A stretch of 64,000 nucleotides of DNA from the NCBI RefSeq assembly GCF_030684315.1, contig NC_081370.1, positions 34,428,728 to 34,492,727 of the forward strand, given 5' to 3'. This stretch comes from Stegostoma tigrinum (Eukaryota). Positions 1-13,877 of this stretch are shown in pieces (within the stretch, counting starts at the first letter, position 1; the number at the start of each line of letters is the position of its first letter). The notes beneath the pieces were generated by a model that was given only the letters and a program-made list of their open reading frames with translations, ran no database searches and was not told the origin of the DNA. The position numbers were made by a program, and so were the translations under genes.

Positions 1-1339
1 ATTTTAGCCAAATTAATTAAATGCAGGCTTCCTATCCTTGCAAGCAGTCTTCAATGAAATGAAATTAGAACTTCAGTCAGTTCCTTGTTAACTTGAGCTC
101 GGTAACCCTCAACTCAAAACAATTCATGACATAAACAGAAAACTAGCCAAAAATACTGTAATGTTGTCTCATGAGTGTATATAGTATACCATTATACCTT
201 TAAGGGAAGCATTTATGGCATCATCAGTGTATCATAGCACGGAATTATAACCATATAAAGGCCTCAGTCCCCATCTTAACTGGGATCACTTGAAGCATGA
301 AGTGATTGGAAGTGCAATGTTCTTCTGTATTCCCACAACTTAATGTTAGCCAAAACACTGATTTTTTTTTTTCTTTCCGTTCTTCATTCATGGGATATGG
401 GTATAGCTGGCTTGGTCAGCATTTATTGTCCATCCCTAATTGCCTCTGGTAGTTAAAAGTCAACCACACTGCTGTGGGTCTGGTGTCACATGAAAGACAA
501 GGTAAGGTGACAGATTTCCTCCTGTAAATGACATTAACAAACTCAGTTGGCAGTGGTTATATGGTTGCTGTTAGACTAGCTTTTTAATTCGAGGTTTTGT
601 TTGTTTTTAATTGAACTCCAATTTCGACATCTGCCACGTCCTCAGAACTTGAGCCTGTGACAGGATTACAAATCCATTGATATTTTTTGCTATGCCACCA
701 CTCCTCTGTATGCCTGTGAATGTTTGTACACATTGGCTAGGTGTAATTAACGTCTGTGGGATTGTTTAATGCCACATTACCTATTGCCAGTTTATGTTAC
801 GAGGGATCACATAAGCAGTGTCATATCGGGCAAAATACCTGCAGGGGGCAAAATCACTTAAAATGTCAGAATGGATATTTGCAAAAAGTAAGAAAGGTAG
901 AAAGTGAAGTTGAGCCTGCACAATCCTGGGAAGGCTGAATGGAGTTTGTTCCATAGCTGACTGTATTAGACTTGATATGCATTACTTGATATTAGTGGAG
1001 ACAATATTGGAAAAAAACAATTTCATCAAACAAAACTGACACTTACTTCTTGCAGGCCATCATTTTAAAACTAATGTGGAAATGAAGGTTTTGAATTACA
1101 TTGTATAATAATACAGAAACAAAAGAATGTACAGGCTAAGAAGTCCATGTTGATGTTTACGCGCAGCAGAAGTGTTTCTGCTCTCCCACTCTCCAATGTC
1201 CCCCTCTCCAAAAAGCAAAATGTTATTTGTCTAATGTTCTCAACATTGCCTTTATTTCTCTCACCATTTTGCATTATCCATCACCATCCATCTTTTAAAA
1301 TGAATTTGCTACAGTCACTTTCTGGTAATTTGCCCAATC

Positions 1340-2150
1340 TATTATTACCAGAAGGGTGAGGTGAAACACTTTAGGAGGAATAATAAGACAATGGAGTAAA
1401 TGATCAATGGTAGGATAGTAGGAAATATAGAGGGTCAGAGGAAATTTGGGGTTGCATGTCCACAGATCCTTGAAGGCAACAGGATGGTTGAATAAAGTAA
1501 TTATTAATGCCTGTGGGATAGTGACCTTTATTAGCTGAGGCATTGAATACAGGAGCAAGGAGATTACAGTGAAACTGTAAGTTGGGCCACAGCTGGAATA
1601 TGTTATGCAGTTCTGGCCGTTGTCCTACAGGAAGGATGCAATTGCATGAGAGAGAGTGCAAAGGAGGTTCATCAGAATGTTAATCTATGACACAAGAGCA
1701 GAAGGAGCCATTTGGTGCGTGGAGTCCATTCTACTATTTAATAAGATCATAGTTGAATTGATAATCCTCAATCCCTCTTTCCTGTCTTTTCCCTGTTACC
1801 CTTGATTTACTTACTGATTAAAATTCTTCTCGGCCTTGAATACATTCAGCAGCCTGACCTTTACAGCCTTTTGCAATAAAGAATTCTATAGATTCACCAG
1901 CACCTGAGAGAAGAAAAACTTTGCCATCTTTGAATTAAGTGAGTGACCCCTTACTCTGCAGTTATGCCCACCGTCCTGTTTCGAAAAGAGGAAATAATCT
2001 CTCCCCACATCTACTTTGTGAAGTCCCCTAAGGAACATTTATGTTTCAATAAGGTCATCCTTTCATTTGTGAACACCAATAAGTATAAGCCCATTTTACT
2101 GAATCTGTCCTCATAAGTAAATCACTCCATATTTGAAAACCACCAGTGAA
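1340..2150. mobile_element. Degraded CR1 LINE fragments (+ to about 1680, then -)
   Basis: Decayed 'RPQLEYCVQFW..ERVQRRF'-type coding remnants, followed by an inverted CR1 3' tail. Confidence 0.65.
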
Positions 2151-2954
2151 CCTTCACTTGTTTATGATCATTCTTCTCGAGGATATTTTATGATGAAATT
2201 CTTCATCAATCCAGTCATATTTGCATATTCTAGATTTAAAATGGCTACTTCACAGGTTTTAAAATGTAAGAAATTATCACAAACATTCTCCATGAATTCT
2301 TCAATGCTATCTTTGTCAATTTGGTTTGCCTATTCTATATTAAAATTAAAGTCACCCATGATTATTGGAGCAATTTTCCAACAAGACCTGATTATGTCTT
2401 AACTTGTACCCTGTCTTACAGTATAGCTACTGTGAGACTAAAACAATTCTGTGACGTCAAGATAATACTTTTGTAACCAAGTGAAAATAAAGTATTTGTG
2501 ACCTGTAGCTAACCCAAAATTCCTTCAGAACTGAATGGGCATGTTTTGGGGTTTTAAAAAAAAACTTCCTTTGGGCTGTACATAGTGAGGGGAGGGAAGA
2601 GTCAATCTGTGAAAGGAGGAGAGTTGTCACCAGTCAGATTTTTCCAAATTTCATTAGTGCCATGGGAGCTTTGCAATTTTGTTTTAGTTTCTACATGAAA
2701 AGTAATTGCATTCCTCCAATTTGGTAGCTGCCTGTAGCAGCTGAGGCTCTAAACTCTTGAATTCCCATCCTCAATCTCTCTTCCCACCTTTTAACATGCT
2801 TCTTAAAACATGTCCTTTTGTCTGATCTGTCCTTGCATTGTCACAATCGGCATGCTGAATTATATTCAAGAATGTAGCTATGAAACTGCTTGACTCACAT
2901 ATGTTGTTGTTTAATACGAGGGCTAATTTCATGTCATGAACTGCTTGATACTTT

Positions 2955-3080
2955 CTGATGAAGGGTCTAGGCTCGAAACGTCAGCTTTCCTGCTCCTAAG
3001 ATGCTGCTTGGCCTGCTGTGTTCACCCAGCTCCACATCTTGTTATCTCAGATTCTCTAGCATTGGCAGTTCCTATTATCT
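2955..3080 (+). mobile_element. Short Penelope-like 3' end with hammerhead motif and 14-bp TSD
   Basis: TSD ctgcttgatacttt at 2941-2954 and 3081-3094; sequence matches the 3' end of the PLE at 39276-39402. Confidence 0.8.
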
Positions 3081-3499
3081 CTGCTTGATACTTTATTTGC
3101 TGTGTTGATGAGAACAGAAACAAAATGTTACAACTGATTTCTGTATTATGATAAATACTATAGCTTCTTTCCCCACAGTATTTCACTGTGCTAAGTATAA
3201 AGAAACATTTTCATGCCAAAATCTGATGAAATCATTCATTGTTTTATTAATTGACATATTAGAGTTCTGCAGGTAACAACATGTTAATTTGATTTGATTT
3301 ATTATTTGTCACATGTACCGAGATAGAATGAAAAGCATTGTTTTCATGCTAACTACCTACATTTGTAGAATATCAACTTAAAGATAATTTTTTGTGCAGA
3401 AAATTTTGATATAAAAAACACATTCTTGCTAAATATATGAATTTGTTAGTGTACTATAACGATGCACACAAATTTCACTTGTATGTATGGTGTGGAGAT

Positions 3500-4005
3500 G
3501 TCTTGCTGCAGGACCTTGGTGAAACCACATCTGGAGTATTGTGTACAGTTTTTTCCCTCCTTATCTGAGGAAAGATGGCCATGGACAGTGTATGTCAAAG
3601 CTTTACCAGAATGATTCCTGGGATAGCAGGACTGACTAAAGAGAGATTGAATTGTATAGGACTACATTAAATGGAGTTTAGAAAATTAAAGGGGGAAATC
3701 TCTTCTTTAAAAAAAATCCTAACTGGAGTAGACTAGGAAGTGGTACACTATGTATGACTGAGAAGAGAAATATTACTTCACCCATAGAGTGGTGAGACTG
3801 TTGAATTCTCTGCTACAGAAAGTGAATGAGGCCAAAACATTGATCCCTTTCGCCCCAAGAACTATATCCAACCCCTTCTTGAAACCATTCAAAGGATGTG
3901 GAGAGAAAACAGGAACAAGGCACTGAGTTGGATGATCAGCATGATCATATTGAATGGCAGAGCAGGCTTGATGGACTGGATAGCCAAATCCTATTTTCTA
4001 TGTTC
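3500..4005 (+). mobile_element. CR1 3' fragment
   Basis: ccacatctggagtattgtgtacagttt.. and 3' tail gatcagcatgatcatattgaatggcagagcagg. Confidence 0.65.
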
Positions 4006-4179
4006 CAATAATATTTCAAAATGGTTATTATCAATCATATAGCTTATAGTTGTGAATAACTAAAATTTTAGATTTGTTGTAACCTCATTCCGTAGCTGTA
4101 CTACCTTTAAAATTCCTGATTTATTATAGAAACTTGCAATATTCTATTGTGTCTAACAATATATTTTCTGTTACTACAG

Positions 4180-4503
4180 TGTCTCCACCATTAGTAAAAT
4201 ACATAAAAAGTGAACCAGAACTCCCAGAGGTAGGAAAAGAAGCAACCATCATATGTCATGCATATGGCTTCTTTCCAAAGGAAACGTTGTTCATGTGGTT
4301 CAGAAATAATGAGAGAGCTGATGACGCAGGAATCACTTTTACTGAACCTCAGAAAGATGAGCAAACTGGCTTCTTCTACTGTGAAAGTCGATGGAGATTA
4401 TTAATTAAGCCAGAATATCACCAGATGGAATTCAAAGTTGAGGTTCTACATTTCCCAACTTCTCACAAGCCTTCAAGATCTAGTTTCGTCCTTCATCTTG
4501 GAG
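4180..4503 (+). CDS. Gene A (5'-partial), third-last coding exon: C1-set Ig domain, paralogous to gene B exon 8
   Basis: Acceptor ttactacag|TG, donor GGAG|gtatga; 324 nt, phase 1-1. VSPPLVKYIKSEPELPEVGKEATIICHAYGFFPK..WFRN..EFKVEVLH: B-strand Cys, FFP turn and C-strand Trp present; F-strand Cys replaced by Val. Confidence 0.88.
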
Positions 4504-6699
4504 GTATGAATTTAGTGCATATATTTTTCTGTACTAAACTTATACAAGACTACATATCAGCTACAGACTTTTATATTTAGGAATGTGTGTGAAGTTTTAC
4601 CACACTTCAATACTCCAAACATAAATTTGTTGTATCGTATTGAAATTTTCCAGAGACAGTGGTATGTTCCTGCTTACAAAGTACAAAAACAGTGGCAATT
4701 CTTCCTGCTTTCCAGTCACATTTTTAAAGTTTGATAGCATTTAACCTGAACTGGCGTCCTAATTGGATTATCAAGCTATTTTAAAATTCTAATATTTATT
4801 TTCAGTTGTCGACGTTTTTTTTATGAGTCAATGCACTTGCCAAAAAGTCAAAAGAATTGTAATAATTAGCATTTGGTATAGGAATAGGCATCCAGTAATA
4901 TCCTGCTATGACCTGACTGCATATAGAGTGATGATGATAGGTTTGACTCTGATCCTAGATGCTGAGGTGGTTCAGATGATTAAGTAAAAACAGAGAATTT
5001 CATTTCTTGATATTCTCAGGAAGAATCTTCAGTGATACACCAGAGCAGGCAAATGTGATCTGTAAGACGAATCTTCATCACTGCTCGTTATGTTGCATCA
5101 GCTATTGGTAGAACTTCTGCCACCATCCTTTCTCCTGGTAGAGACACACATGAGGACTGTTTGGTCCAATGTGGCAGTGAGAAACCACTTGACAGTTTAA
5201 TGAGAAGAGGCTTTGTTTTAAACGAAATAAAGTTTATTGTTTGACAACAAGATTATCCTCATTGCAGTGTCTATGTGGAAGACCTAAAGGTGGTAGGTCT
5301 TGCTCATTTAAGATCCTCAGTTGTTCTCCCACATGTCCATATGACATTGCAGCAGGTGGTATTTAATTCACTCCAGGATAATCATCCTTACAGATCCTTA
5401 CAACTTTATACGATGCTGACAACCATTTTTTTTTCTACCCATTATTAATATTTATATATTTGTCTACATAATTAGTTTGTAACTGCTGTATCTCCACAAG
5501 TTTCTTTACACATTCGGGCAGTCTGGAGTCTCACTATTCTCTGAACACACATTATCTTCAGGCTTGGAAGATAGATAGAATTTTGAGTTGAAATTTGTTG
5601 ACTTTTATTCTGTTTCTGACAATGTGAAGGCTGAAAATCCCTTCAGATGAGAGTAATCTTTTAAAAAATCTTTGGATTTCCTTTTGTAGAAGTATGGTTT
5701 CCTACTAAAACAGGCACTTGCTCCATTGCAAATCTGTAGGACCTTTAAACTCCCAAATTTCCTCAATGAGAACAACTGTGGAAATAGACACTTTCATTTT
5801 TGCAGTATCCTGGATCCTAGAACCGGGCAATTTTTTCCTGACTATGCTTTGAATCATTGGACATTATAGTTTCTTCTTGGTGGTGGTTTCCAAGATGGTT
5901 GTATGCACCACCTCTTCAATCTGTCAGCAGATTTTACTTCTCAATCTATGCCAAAGTATATAACACCATTTCTATTCTTCGTTTGGAACTATAGTATTGG
6001 GGAAAACAACAGGCTCAATTCCTTCAACATACCATTTGCTGGTTTGCTGCTTATTGGATGTGATCTCTATTCCTGGGAAGATCAGGAAATGAAACCTTCT
6101 GTTTGAACTTGGTCTTCTGAACCACCAGGACATCTGACATCTGACATCTGACTCAAATCTGTCGTCATCACAGTTTATTGACACCCCCTGTGTTTACTGA
6201 TAAATCTTTAACGAAAACAGAATTTGCTGTAAAATCTCAGCAGGTCTGGCAGCATCTGTGGAGGGAAATCAGAGCTAACATTTTGGATTTGGTGACGCTT
6301 TTTCAGAATTGACGAATCTTGAATTGACATAATTCAATGAGCTCAAATGGGCAATGCTGCTTAGTGGCTTTATGCTTGTTTCCATTTGTTCTGTAAACAT
6401 TGCCAATTCTTGTAATCTAAACTCCATTTGTAGTAAGGAAAATCTTTTGTGCCATATGATAATTTAGCCAATAACTGGAGGCTTCCATTTTTCTTACTGT
6501 GTGAAACAGATTTTTTATGCTGACAAAGCTAATCTCGATTTACTGAAAAGGTTTCTAATAGTAGCTATAAATAAGGAAGTGGAAGGGAGAGAGGAACATA
6601 GTGAAAATTTGACTGGAAGGAAAGTGTTACTGAGTGCACTAATGGAGCTGCAAGTTTCTCAATGCCCAGATCATGATGTGTGTCATGCTTTTGCCTTTA

Positions 6700-8170
6700 G
6701 GAAAGGTGGTTACTGAGGTAGTAGATTAATTTGTGTTAGCTTTTCAAAATTCACTAAATTCTGGCAAGAAGCAAATGTAACCTGCCTATTCAAGACAGGA
6801 AGAAGGCAGAAGCTGGGTATCTACAGTCCAGTTAGCATGATGTCTGTCGTGGGGTGTTAGAATTAATCCATAAGGTGCCTGGATACTGGGGAAAAAGTCA
6901 AGGTTATTAGGAAGATGTAGCATTCTTTTTGTGAAAGGAAGAAAATGAATTTTAACCAATTTCTTGGACTTGGTTTGAATGAGTAGTATGTGCACAGTGT
7001 ATACCCATTGACATATTATAGTTGGATTTCCAGAAGGTATTTGACCAGGTGAGCAAATGCAGCTAAATTATCATATGGCACAAAAAGAAATAGGAAAGTT
7101 TGTTTTGAAGAGAACATGAAGAGATCACAGACTAACATAGGTTCAGTGAGTGGAAAATATTTTTTGCAGATGCAGTAGACTCTGGAAATATATGAAATTG
7201 ATCACTTTGGCAGGAAAAATAAAAATGGGTTCAACGGTCTGAATTCAAAGATAGCTGTCAAAATGGCCACCTACACGTAAAACTTAATGATATCAGTTAC
7301 TGGTGATAGATGTCCCCAAGTCAAAATGTATCTGCATGCATAGCTGATATCACTAAATCCTGTACGCTATAAGAGATGGCGTGTAATGTGGAAAATGTGA
7401 AGTTGCTCACTTTGGTGAAAAGAATAAAAAAAGCACAATATTACTTAGATGAAGAATGATTGAAGAATTCCAAGGTGCAAAGTGATTTGGATACATTGGT
7501 TTGTGTCACAAAAAATTTAGTATGTAGGTGAAGCAGATGATCATTAAGGCTAACGGAATGCTAACCTTTATTACAAGAGGAATTGAATATGAAAGTGAGG
7601 ATATTATGCTTCATTCTGTAGGACATGAGTGAGACCACATCTCACATACTGTGTGACGTTTTGGCCTCCTTGTTTAAGGAAGAATGTAAATGTTTGGAAG
7701 GATTCAGAAGCAATTTACAAGATTTATACCTAGAATTAGTTGTACTAAGAGGAAATGTTGAATGGATTGGGCTTGTTTTCACTGGAGTTGAAATGAATGA
7801 GGGGTGACTTGTATAAATCCTGAACGACCTTGATTTCAGCAGGTGTGGAAAGAATATTTTGTCTTGCGCATGAGTACAGAATTAGGGAACACTATTTCAA
7901 AAAAAAAACTCGTGTTGCCTATTAGGAAATGGAGGAGGTGAATTTTTTTCACTGAGGACTGACAGACTTTGGAATTCTGCTTAAATGATGGCAGAGGCAG
8001 CTCATTGAATACTCTTAAGCAAGGATAAATATGTTTTTGTTAGACAAAGCAATAAAATACTATCACGAGTAATTGGGAAATGTGGAATATGAAACACAAA
8101 CTGATCAACCATGATCTTACTGAATGGCAAAGAACATCCAAGGGGGCCAAACGGCCTCTACTTCTCCCAG
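6700..8170 (+). mobile_element. Degraded CR1 LINE
   Basis: Decayed RT motifs (ttggatttccagaaggtatttgac) and a CR1 3' tail near 8100-8165. Confidence 0.6.
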
Positions 8171-8784
8171 TTGAATGCGTGTAAGGTTTATCGGTGGCTA
8201 AGGCGAATAAAATAAAATGAATGCAAGTGAACCAAAGTGAAAATTTAGTAAGGAAGGATGTTGCATCAAAGATTCAATATCTACAATCAGTTTGGCTGGA
8301 ATTAAAAAGCAGCAAAGGGAGTAAAACATTCTGAGAGTTTCTTTTTTACAGACTGTAGTGGTATTATTGGGCATGGTGTAAAAATCAGAAGTTTAAAAAT
8401 ACATGTAACATGTATAATTGTAGTTTAACAGTCAGCTTCAGTTTATGCATAGTCATACAGCACGGAAGCTGACCCTTCAGTGTAACTCATCCATGCTGAC
8501 CAAGTTTCCCAATCTAAACTAGTCTCACTTGCCTGTGTATGGCCTATATTCCTCTCAACCTTTCCTAATCATGTTCCTGTTCAAATGTCTTTTAAATGTT
8601 GTGACTGTACCAATGTCTACTGCCTCCCCTGGCAATTTATTCCACGTAAGATCCACCCTCTGTGTGAAAAAAGGTGCCACTCAGGTTTCTTTTAGATTTA
8701 ACCCCTCTCACCTCAAAAATACACTCCCTACTTTTGAACTCTCCCACCCTAGGGAAAAACTAAATCAACATTAATACTATGGAA

Positions 8785-9015
8785 CACAAATAGAAGTTGC
8801 TGAAAAAGCTCAGAAGGTGTGGCAGCACCTGTGAAGGAAAATCAGTTAACATTTCAAGTCCAGTGACCCTTCCTCAGTTCTGAGGCAGGGTTATTGGACC
8901 TGAAATGTTAACTCTGATTTTTCTTCACAGATGCGACCAGACCTGCTGAGCTCTTCCAGCAACTTCTATTTTCCTTCCTGATTTACAGCATCTATAGTTC
9001 TTTTGGTTTTTATTT
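8785..9015. mobile_element. Fold-back mini element of a second PLE family
   Basis: Inverted arms agaagttgctgaaaaagctcag.. / ..ctgagctcttccagcaacttct around degenerate hammerhead cores. Confidence 0.65.
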
Positions 9016-9019
9016 GATG

Positions 9020-11330
9020 GTATAGAGGTTGAAATGCTTCAGTGTGTATGAGATGAGTTTCTGGAGCAGTACATTGAGGAGCCAAGTCTAAATCAGGCTA
9101 TTTTGAACCACCAAATGTTTGATCACAGATGTATATTCCTCTAAGGAACAAACACTCAAAAGGAAATGTAAATCAAACATGGTTAATGAAAAAAGTTAAA
9201 GATTGCATTAAAACAGAAGAAGTGGCTTACATAGAATCCAGGTAAAGTGGCAGTTCTGAGGATTGGGAGCAATTTTGAACTCCACAAAGGTCCCAGAAAC
9301 TGGTTTAAGAACACAAAAAATAAAAATGGAGAGAGGAACATAAAGCAGGACCATGAAAACATTTTTGGGTTGTAAAAGGGAAAGGACAAGTATGACAAGT
9401 ATGGACCCATTACAGCAGGGAGAACAGGAGAATTTATAGTTTTTTTAAAAAAATGACAAAGAAATTAAGTTGTTATTTTGTGGCTATCTTCATGGGAGAA
9501 GATACGGAAAATCTCTCAAATACTAGATGACTTGGAACTTGTGCATCTGAGGAACTAAATGAAATTAGTGTTATTAAAAGGAGAACCAGTAGATGTAATG
9601 TATTTTGGATTTTCAGGAAATGTTTGATTTAGTTTCCACAAAGGAGTCTAGTAATTGAATTACAGCAGAGAGATTGATGGGAAATGTACGAGTATAAATT
9701 GAGAACTGATTAATGGGGAGAAAATGGAGAGAACTGGCAGGAGTATGCATCAGTCCGAATTGCAGTGAAGTGAACCAGGAGGATTGTGCAGCAAAGTCAC
9801 TGTGAAGCAGACTGGGAGGAGTTTGCAGTAAATCAGCACAACTGAAGCGAAGGAGCCCATGCTTTCAAGACAGTGTCAGAGAATGAGGAGTCAGCATGAA
9901 GAGCCATGAAAGTAGGTGACTGTGTGAGAAGAGGAGTAACAGTGAAAGATATAAAAACCAGTGTCAGAGACATCTGTTAACTTATTTCTTCCTTTAACAT
10001 GCAAAATGTGATATTACAGGAAAACAATTAGGTGATTGGTGGGTAGTCCCTCCATGTCTTTTGGTGAAATTAATTTCATTCAGGAGACATTAATGCAGCT
10101 GAAGAATATAGTTAAGAAATTCATCTTTTAAAAATATTTCACAGACTCATTAATTAATTGAATATAATAGAAGTGATGGGGCAGGTGGTGGCTGGCAGCT
10201 TTGGGAACTGGTGGACACAGGTACATCTGTGGTGCATCATATCTGCACAAGTGTTGGTTGCTTGAGGAACTTAAGCCAAGAGTTAATAAGCTGGACTCTG
10301 AACTGTGGACACAGACACATCAAAGATGAAGAGAGATACTGGACACTCTTTCAAGAGAAAGTCACACCCTTTAAATTAATGACATCAAATATGTTTGTGG
10401 TCTGCAGCAGGAGTGTGTGACTGAGAGCGTGGCATGTATTGGATCCACAATTTAGTTTTGGAGTAGCCTCAACCATTCACCTTATCAAATAGGGTATGAA
10501 GTTGCTCTTGGTATAGACAGGGTCACAGACTTTAGGGAGTATGAGAAAACTAACCGCACACCATGTTCATGAGTGGCAGTTAAGTTGATTTTTTTGAGGG
10601 GGGGTGCTCATTGTGAGTTGCTTGATGGAGAAAAGAGAAATGAGGTAATAGAAATTGCATAGTTTAGGTAATGGCACTGTTCTCCTGCGACAAGGACAGT
10701 TCCAAAAGCTGAGTCCTCTACCTGGTGTCATATTCAGGACATCTTTTCTGGACTGGAAAGGAACTTGGATTAGGAGGGGAAGGATCGAATTGTTGTGGTA
10801 CACGTATGCTTTAATGCCTTAAGTAGAACTAGGAAAAGAGGCTTTGCTGAGGGGATTTTGAGCACTTCAGGGCTAAATTGAACACAATCACAAAGGCAGT
10901 AATTCTCAGATTAATGTCTGAGCCAGATGCAAGTGGATAAAAGATAGTTAAGTTTAAAGAGGTAAATGTATGGTTCAAAGATTGACTTGGGAGAAATGAG
11001 TTCTGGGGGACTGCAGAAGAAGTTTGTTGGGATGGGTTTCATCTCAACTATGTTGGGACCAGTATCCTGGAAAATTGTATAATTAATGTTGTAGATAGGG
11101 TTTTAAACTAATTAGCACAAGGAGGAGTGTTCAGTTGAAGGGAAGTTTTTAAAACAAAAATCAAAAGAAATGTGAAAGCTGAAGTGCAGGGTATTGAAGA
11201 GGTGAGCAATAATCCAAATGTGATAAGAATGTGCAAGGAGGTGATTTCTAGGGAAGGTACCAGTGCAGTAATGAGTAGTGATATGGGTACAATAGATCTT
11301 GTGGAATCAGCTTGGATGTGGGATACAAAA
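9020..11330 (+). mobile_element. Heavily degraded CR1 fragments, including 5'/ORF1-like parts
   Basis: Decayed CR1 motifs (gtagatgtaatgtattttggattttcagg; gttgtggtacacgta); no intact ORF. Confidence 0.45.
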
Positions 11331-11364
11331 GCCTGATGAACAATTTCTTGTTGTTTCCAAACAG

Positions 11365-11676
11365 GAATTCCAATAGTTTCTGACATCGTTGCAGAGCCAG
11401 AAATTTCATCCTATGGAAAACGTCTTGTTCTTAAATGCCATGTAAAAAATTTTTCAGGAAATGTATCCTCTGCCAGATGGCTAATGAATAACAAGTATGT
11501 CTCTAGTGGAGTCACAACCACAGAGCCTCAGAAGGAAGAAAGTGGCTATTATCAGTTATTTTCCAGCATGGAGTTAACGCCAACCGCTTTGGATTATAAT
11601 AAGGAAGTTGTATTCGAACTGATGCATAAAGCCTCACCCAATCCCATTCAAAAGCAGCTGTGTTTGAAGCTTCCAG
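11365..11676 (+). CDS. Gene A, second-last coding exon: C1-set Ig domain, paralogous to gene B exon 9
   Basis: Acceptor ttccaaacag|GA, donor CCAG|gtatgt; 312 nt, phase 1-1. GIPIVSDIVAEPEISSYGKRLVLKCHVKNFSG..ARW..SGVTTTEP..EVVFELMH; F-strand Cys replaced by Phe. Confidence 0.88.
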
Positions 11677-12548
11677 GTATGTTTAAAATTGTGCAAAATC
11701 CTAATTACTGTAGAACTAGAGCTTTGAATAGTTTAAGAAACAAGAACAGAATTGAATTTATCATGTTTTTTTTAAGAAAAAAAATGTCAATTATGAAAGT
11801 GCCAATCTGCTCCTGGATACCATTTTCAGTCCCTTTCTATTTGTTATAAATGGGCCCTGATGGGTGAATGTACCAATTTTTCGGTTTCAGAAGACTGGAA
11901 CCTGCCAAATGATAAAATATTACTCTTTGCCATTCTAAATTTAGTGAGAATAACCGATCAAAGCATGATCCCAGATGTGGAACTTGAAGCCATTACTGAG
12001 AGCTCACCCAGATGTCAGGACTATATGCTATTAAAACCGCCTTTTTGGGTGCATAGTTGTTTACTATGCAGAAGGTGCTTTAGGCCTCACTGAAAGATGA
12101 GCTACCTTTTGTAAATCCGTGTTGACTGCCCATGCTTTTCTGACAGTTCAGTAATTTCATGCTGTATTCTGAACTGTTAAGCAGGAAGAATAATATTTGC
12201 CTTCCAGTCAACTTGGAAGAATTCACAATTTTTTGAAGCTTTTTAATGTGTCCACTGATTCTTCTAGTATTCTGGAGTGCAAATGATCTGGGAAATCTAT
12301 TTTATGGCCTTGCTAAAAATGTTATCCCTTTGTATGTTCATCTTGGTTGTCAATCCCAAACATTTCTTTGTTCAACCTTTGATATCTCATGATTCCTACT
12401 GTTCCATAAGAAGTAGTAACTGAATTTGCTAAATTGAACAATTGAATTTGCTGAAGCTATGTCAAGAACACTTACTGTAACATTGAGACAAACTATCACT
12501 GCAGATAATGTGCACACTCATAACTTGTACGTTCTGTTCTGTTTTAAG

Positions 12549-12862
12549 GTTTTCCTCCTACTCTGTCGGAAATCAAATGTAACCCAATGAAACCAGAGAA
12601 AAACAAAGTAACAACTTTCACCGTTTCACTGACTGATTATGCACCTCAAGAAATTGAAATTAGGTGGTTTAAAGAAAAGGAACCCTTCATGGGTCAGGCG
12701 GCTCATACTAAGCCTGAAATTGCTGAAAATGGTCTCTTCTCATCTCTAACAAGTATAGAATTTACACCAGTAGAATCTGATAATGGGATAGGAATCAGAT
12801 GTGAGGTTTATCACCCAGAAACACAAGAATTTAAGGAAAAAAATTTGTGTCTGGCATTCTGA
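12549..12862 (+). CDS. Gene A, terminal coding exon: C1-set Ig domain ending in TGA, paralogous to gene B exon 10
   Basis: Acceptor gttttaag|GT. GFPPTLSEIKCNPMKPEK..FTVSLTDYAPQEIEIRWFK..NGLFSSLTSIEFTP..IRCEVYH..CLAF*; B-strand Cys replaced by Val. Confidence 0.88.
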
Positions 12863-13042
12863 CATAAATATAAAGATTTCTTACATCTATTTTGAACACT
12901 AGGTAAATATAGATGGTGCAAGATTTATTTTAAATTGCTCCCACACAACTGGCATTTATCATTCTGCTTTAAACACTTGTTTTGCATAGCTGGTAAATAT
13001 AAAACAAAAAAAAACCAGCTTGAAATGATGAAATGCTTTGAA

Positions 13043-13147
13043 ATGTTCTGAGGAATGTTCATCGGACCAGAAACGTTAACTCCGTTTTCTTCTCCACAGA
13101 TGCGGCCAGACCGGCTGAGCTTTTCCAGCAACTTTGTTTTTGTTCGG
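13043..13147 (+). mobile_element. PLE 3' end insertion with 9-bp TSD, adjacent to or nested in an older copy
   Basis: TSD tgctttgaa at 13034-13042 and 13148-13156. Confidence 0.65.
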
Positions 13148-13732
13148 TGCTTTGAAGGGTTCAGAATAGAGTTCCTTGACTTGAAATGTTAACTGCTTCT
13201 CTCTCCACTAATGTTGCCAGACATATTGAGCATTTCTCATTCTTTTTATTTCTGATTTCTAGCAATTTGAAGCAGTTTGAGTTTTGTTGACCTGTTTAGC
13301 CCATTTGAAAATTGCACTTTGGTCATCTGGAGTTTCTAGTAGGATTTCACTTGTTCAGTAAGCCAATTAAATCACTTATGTTATAGTGAGCAATTAAAAT
13401 TGGGGTGGTAGGCTCAATTATGTTTAAAAATAGCTGACTTTGATGACATTAATTTCAGTTATTTACACTTCTTATCTCTCTATCCTCTGAGTTAGGGCAG
13501 GACTTTGAATTGACTACTGCGGTTGATTCATACAGGTAACTCCAGGTGGACAGTACTAGATGAGGATTATTCCGAGCTGCAGTGTTCTTCACAGAAATGG
13601 GTGGAAAAATAATGGGCAGAAATTTAATTCAGAAAACAATCATAATCAATGGATTGTCTCATGAACAAAAGCTAAACAGATTGGGGTTCTAATCATTGAA
13701 GTTTAAAAGAATGAGAGGTCATGTCATTAGAA

Positions 13733-13877
13733 GAGCAGGAAAGCTTGATGTTTCAGGTCAGGACCCTTCTTCAGAAATTCCTGCTCCTCTGATGCAGCTT
13801 GGCCTGCTGTGTTCTGACAGCTTCACACTGTGTTATCTCAGATTGTCCAGCATCGGCAGTTCATACTATCTCTGATC
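13733..13877. mobile_element. Mini fold-back PLE with 9-bp TSD, inside a CR1 fragment (about 13500-14225)
   Basis: TSD tcattagaa at 13724-13732 and 13878-13886; short inverted arm gagcaggaa/ttcctgctc. Confidence 0.7.
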
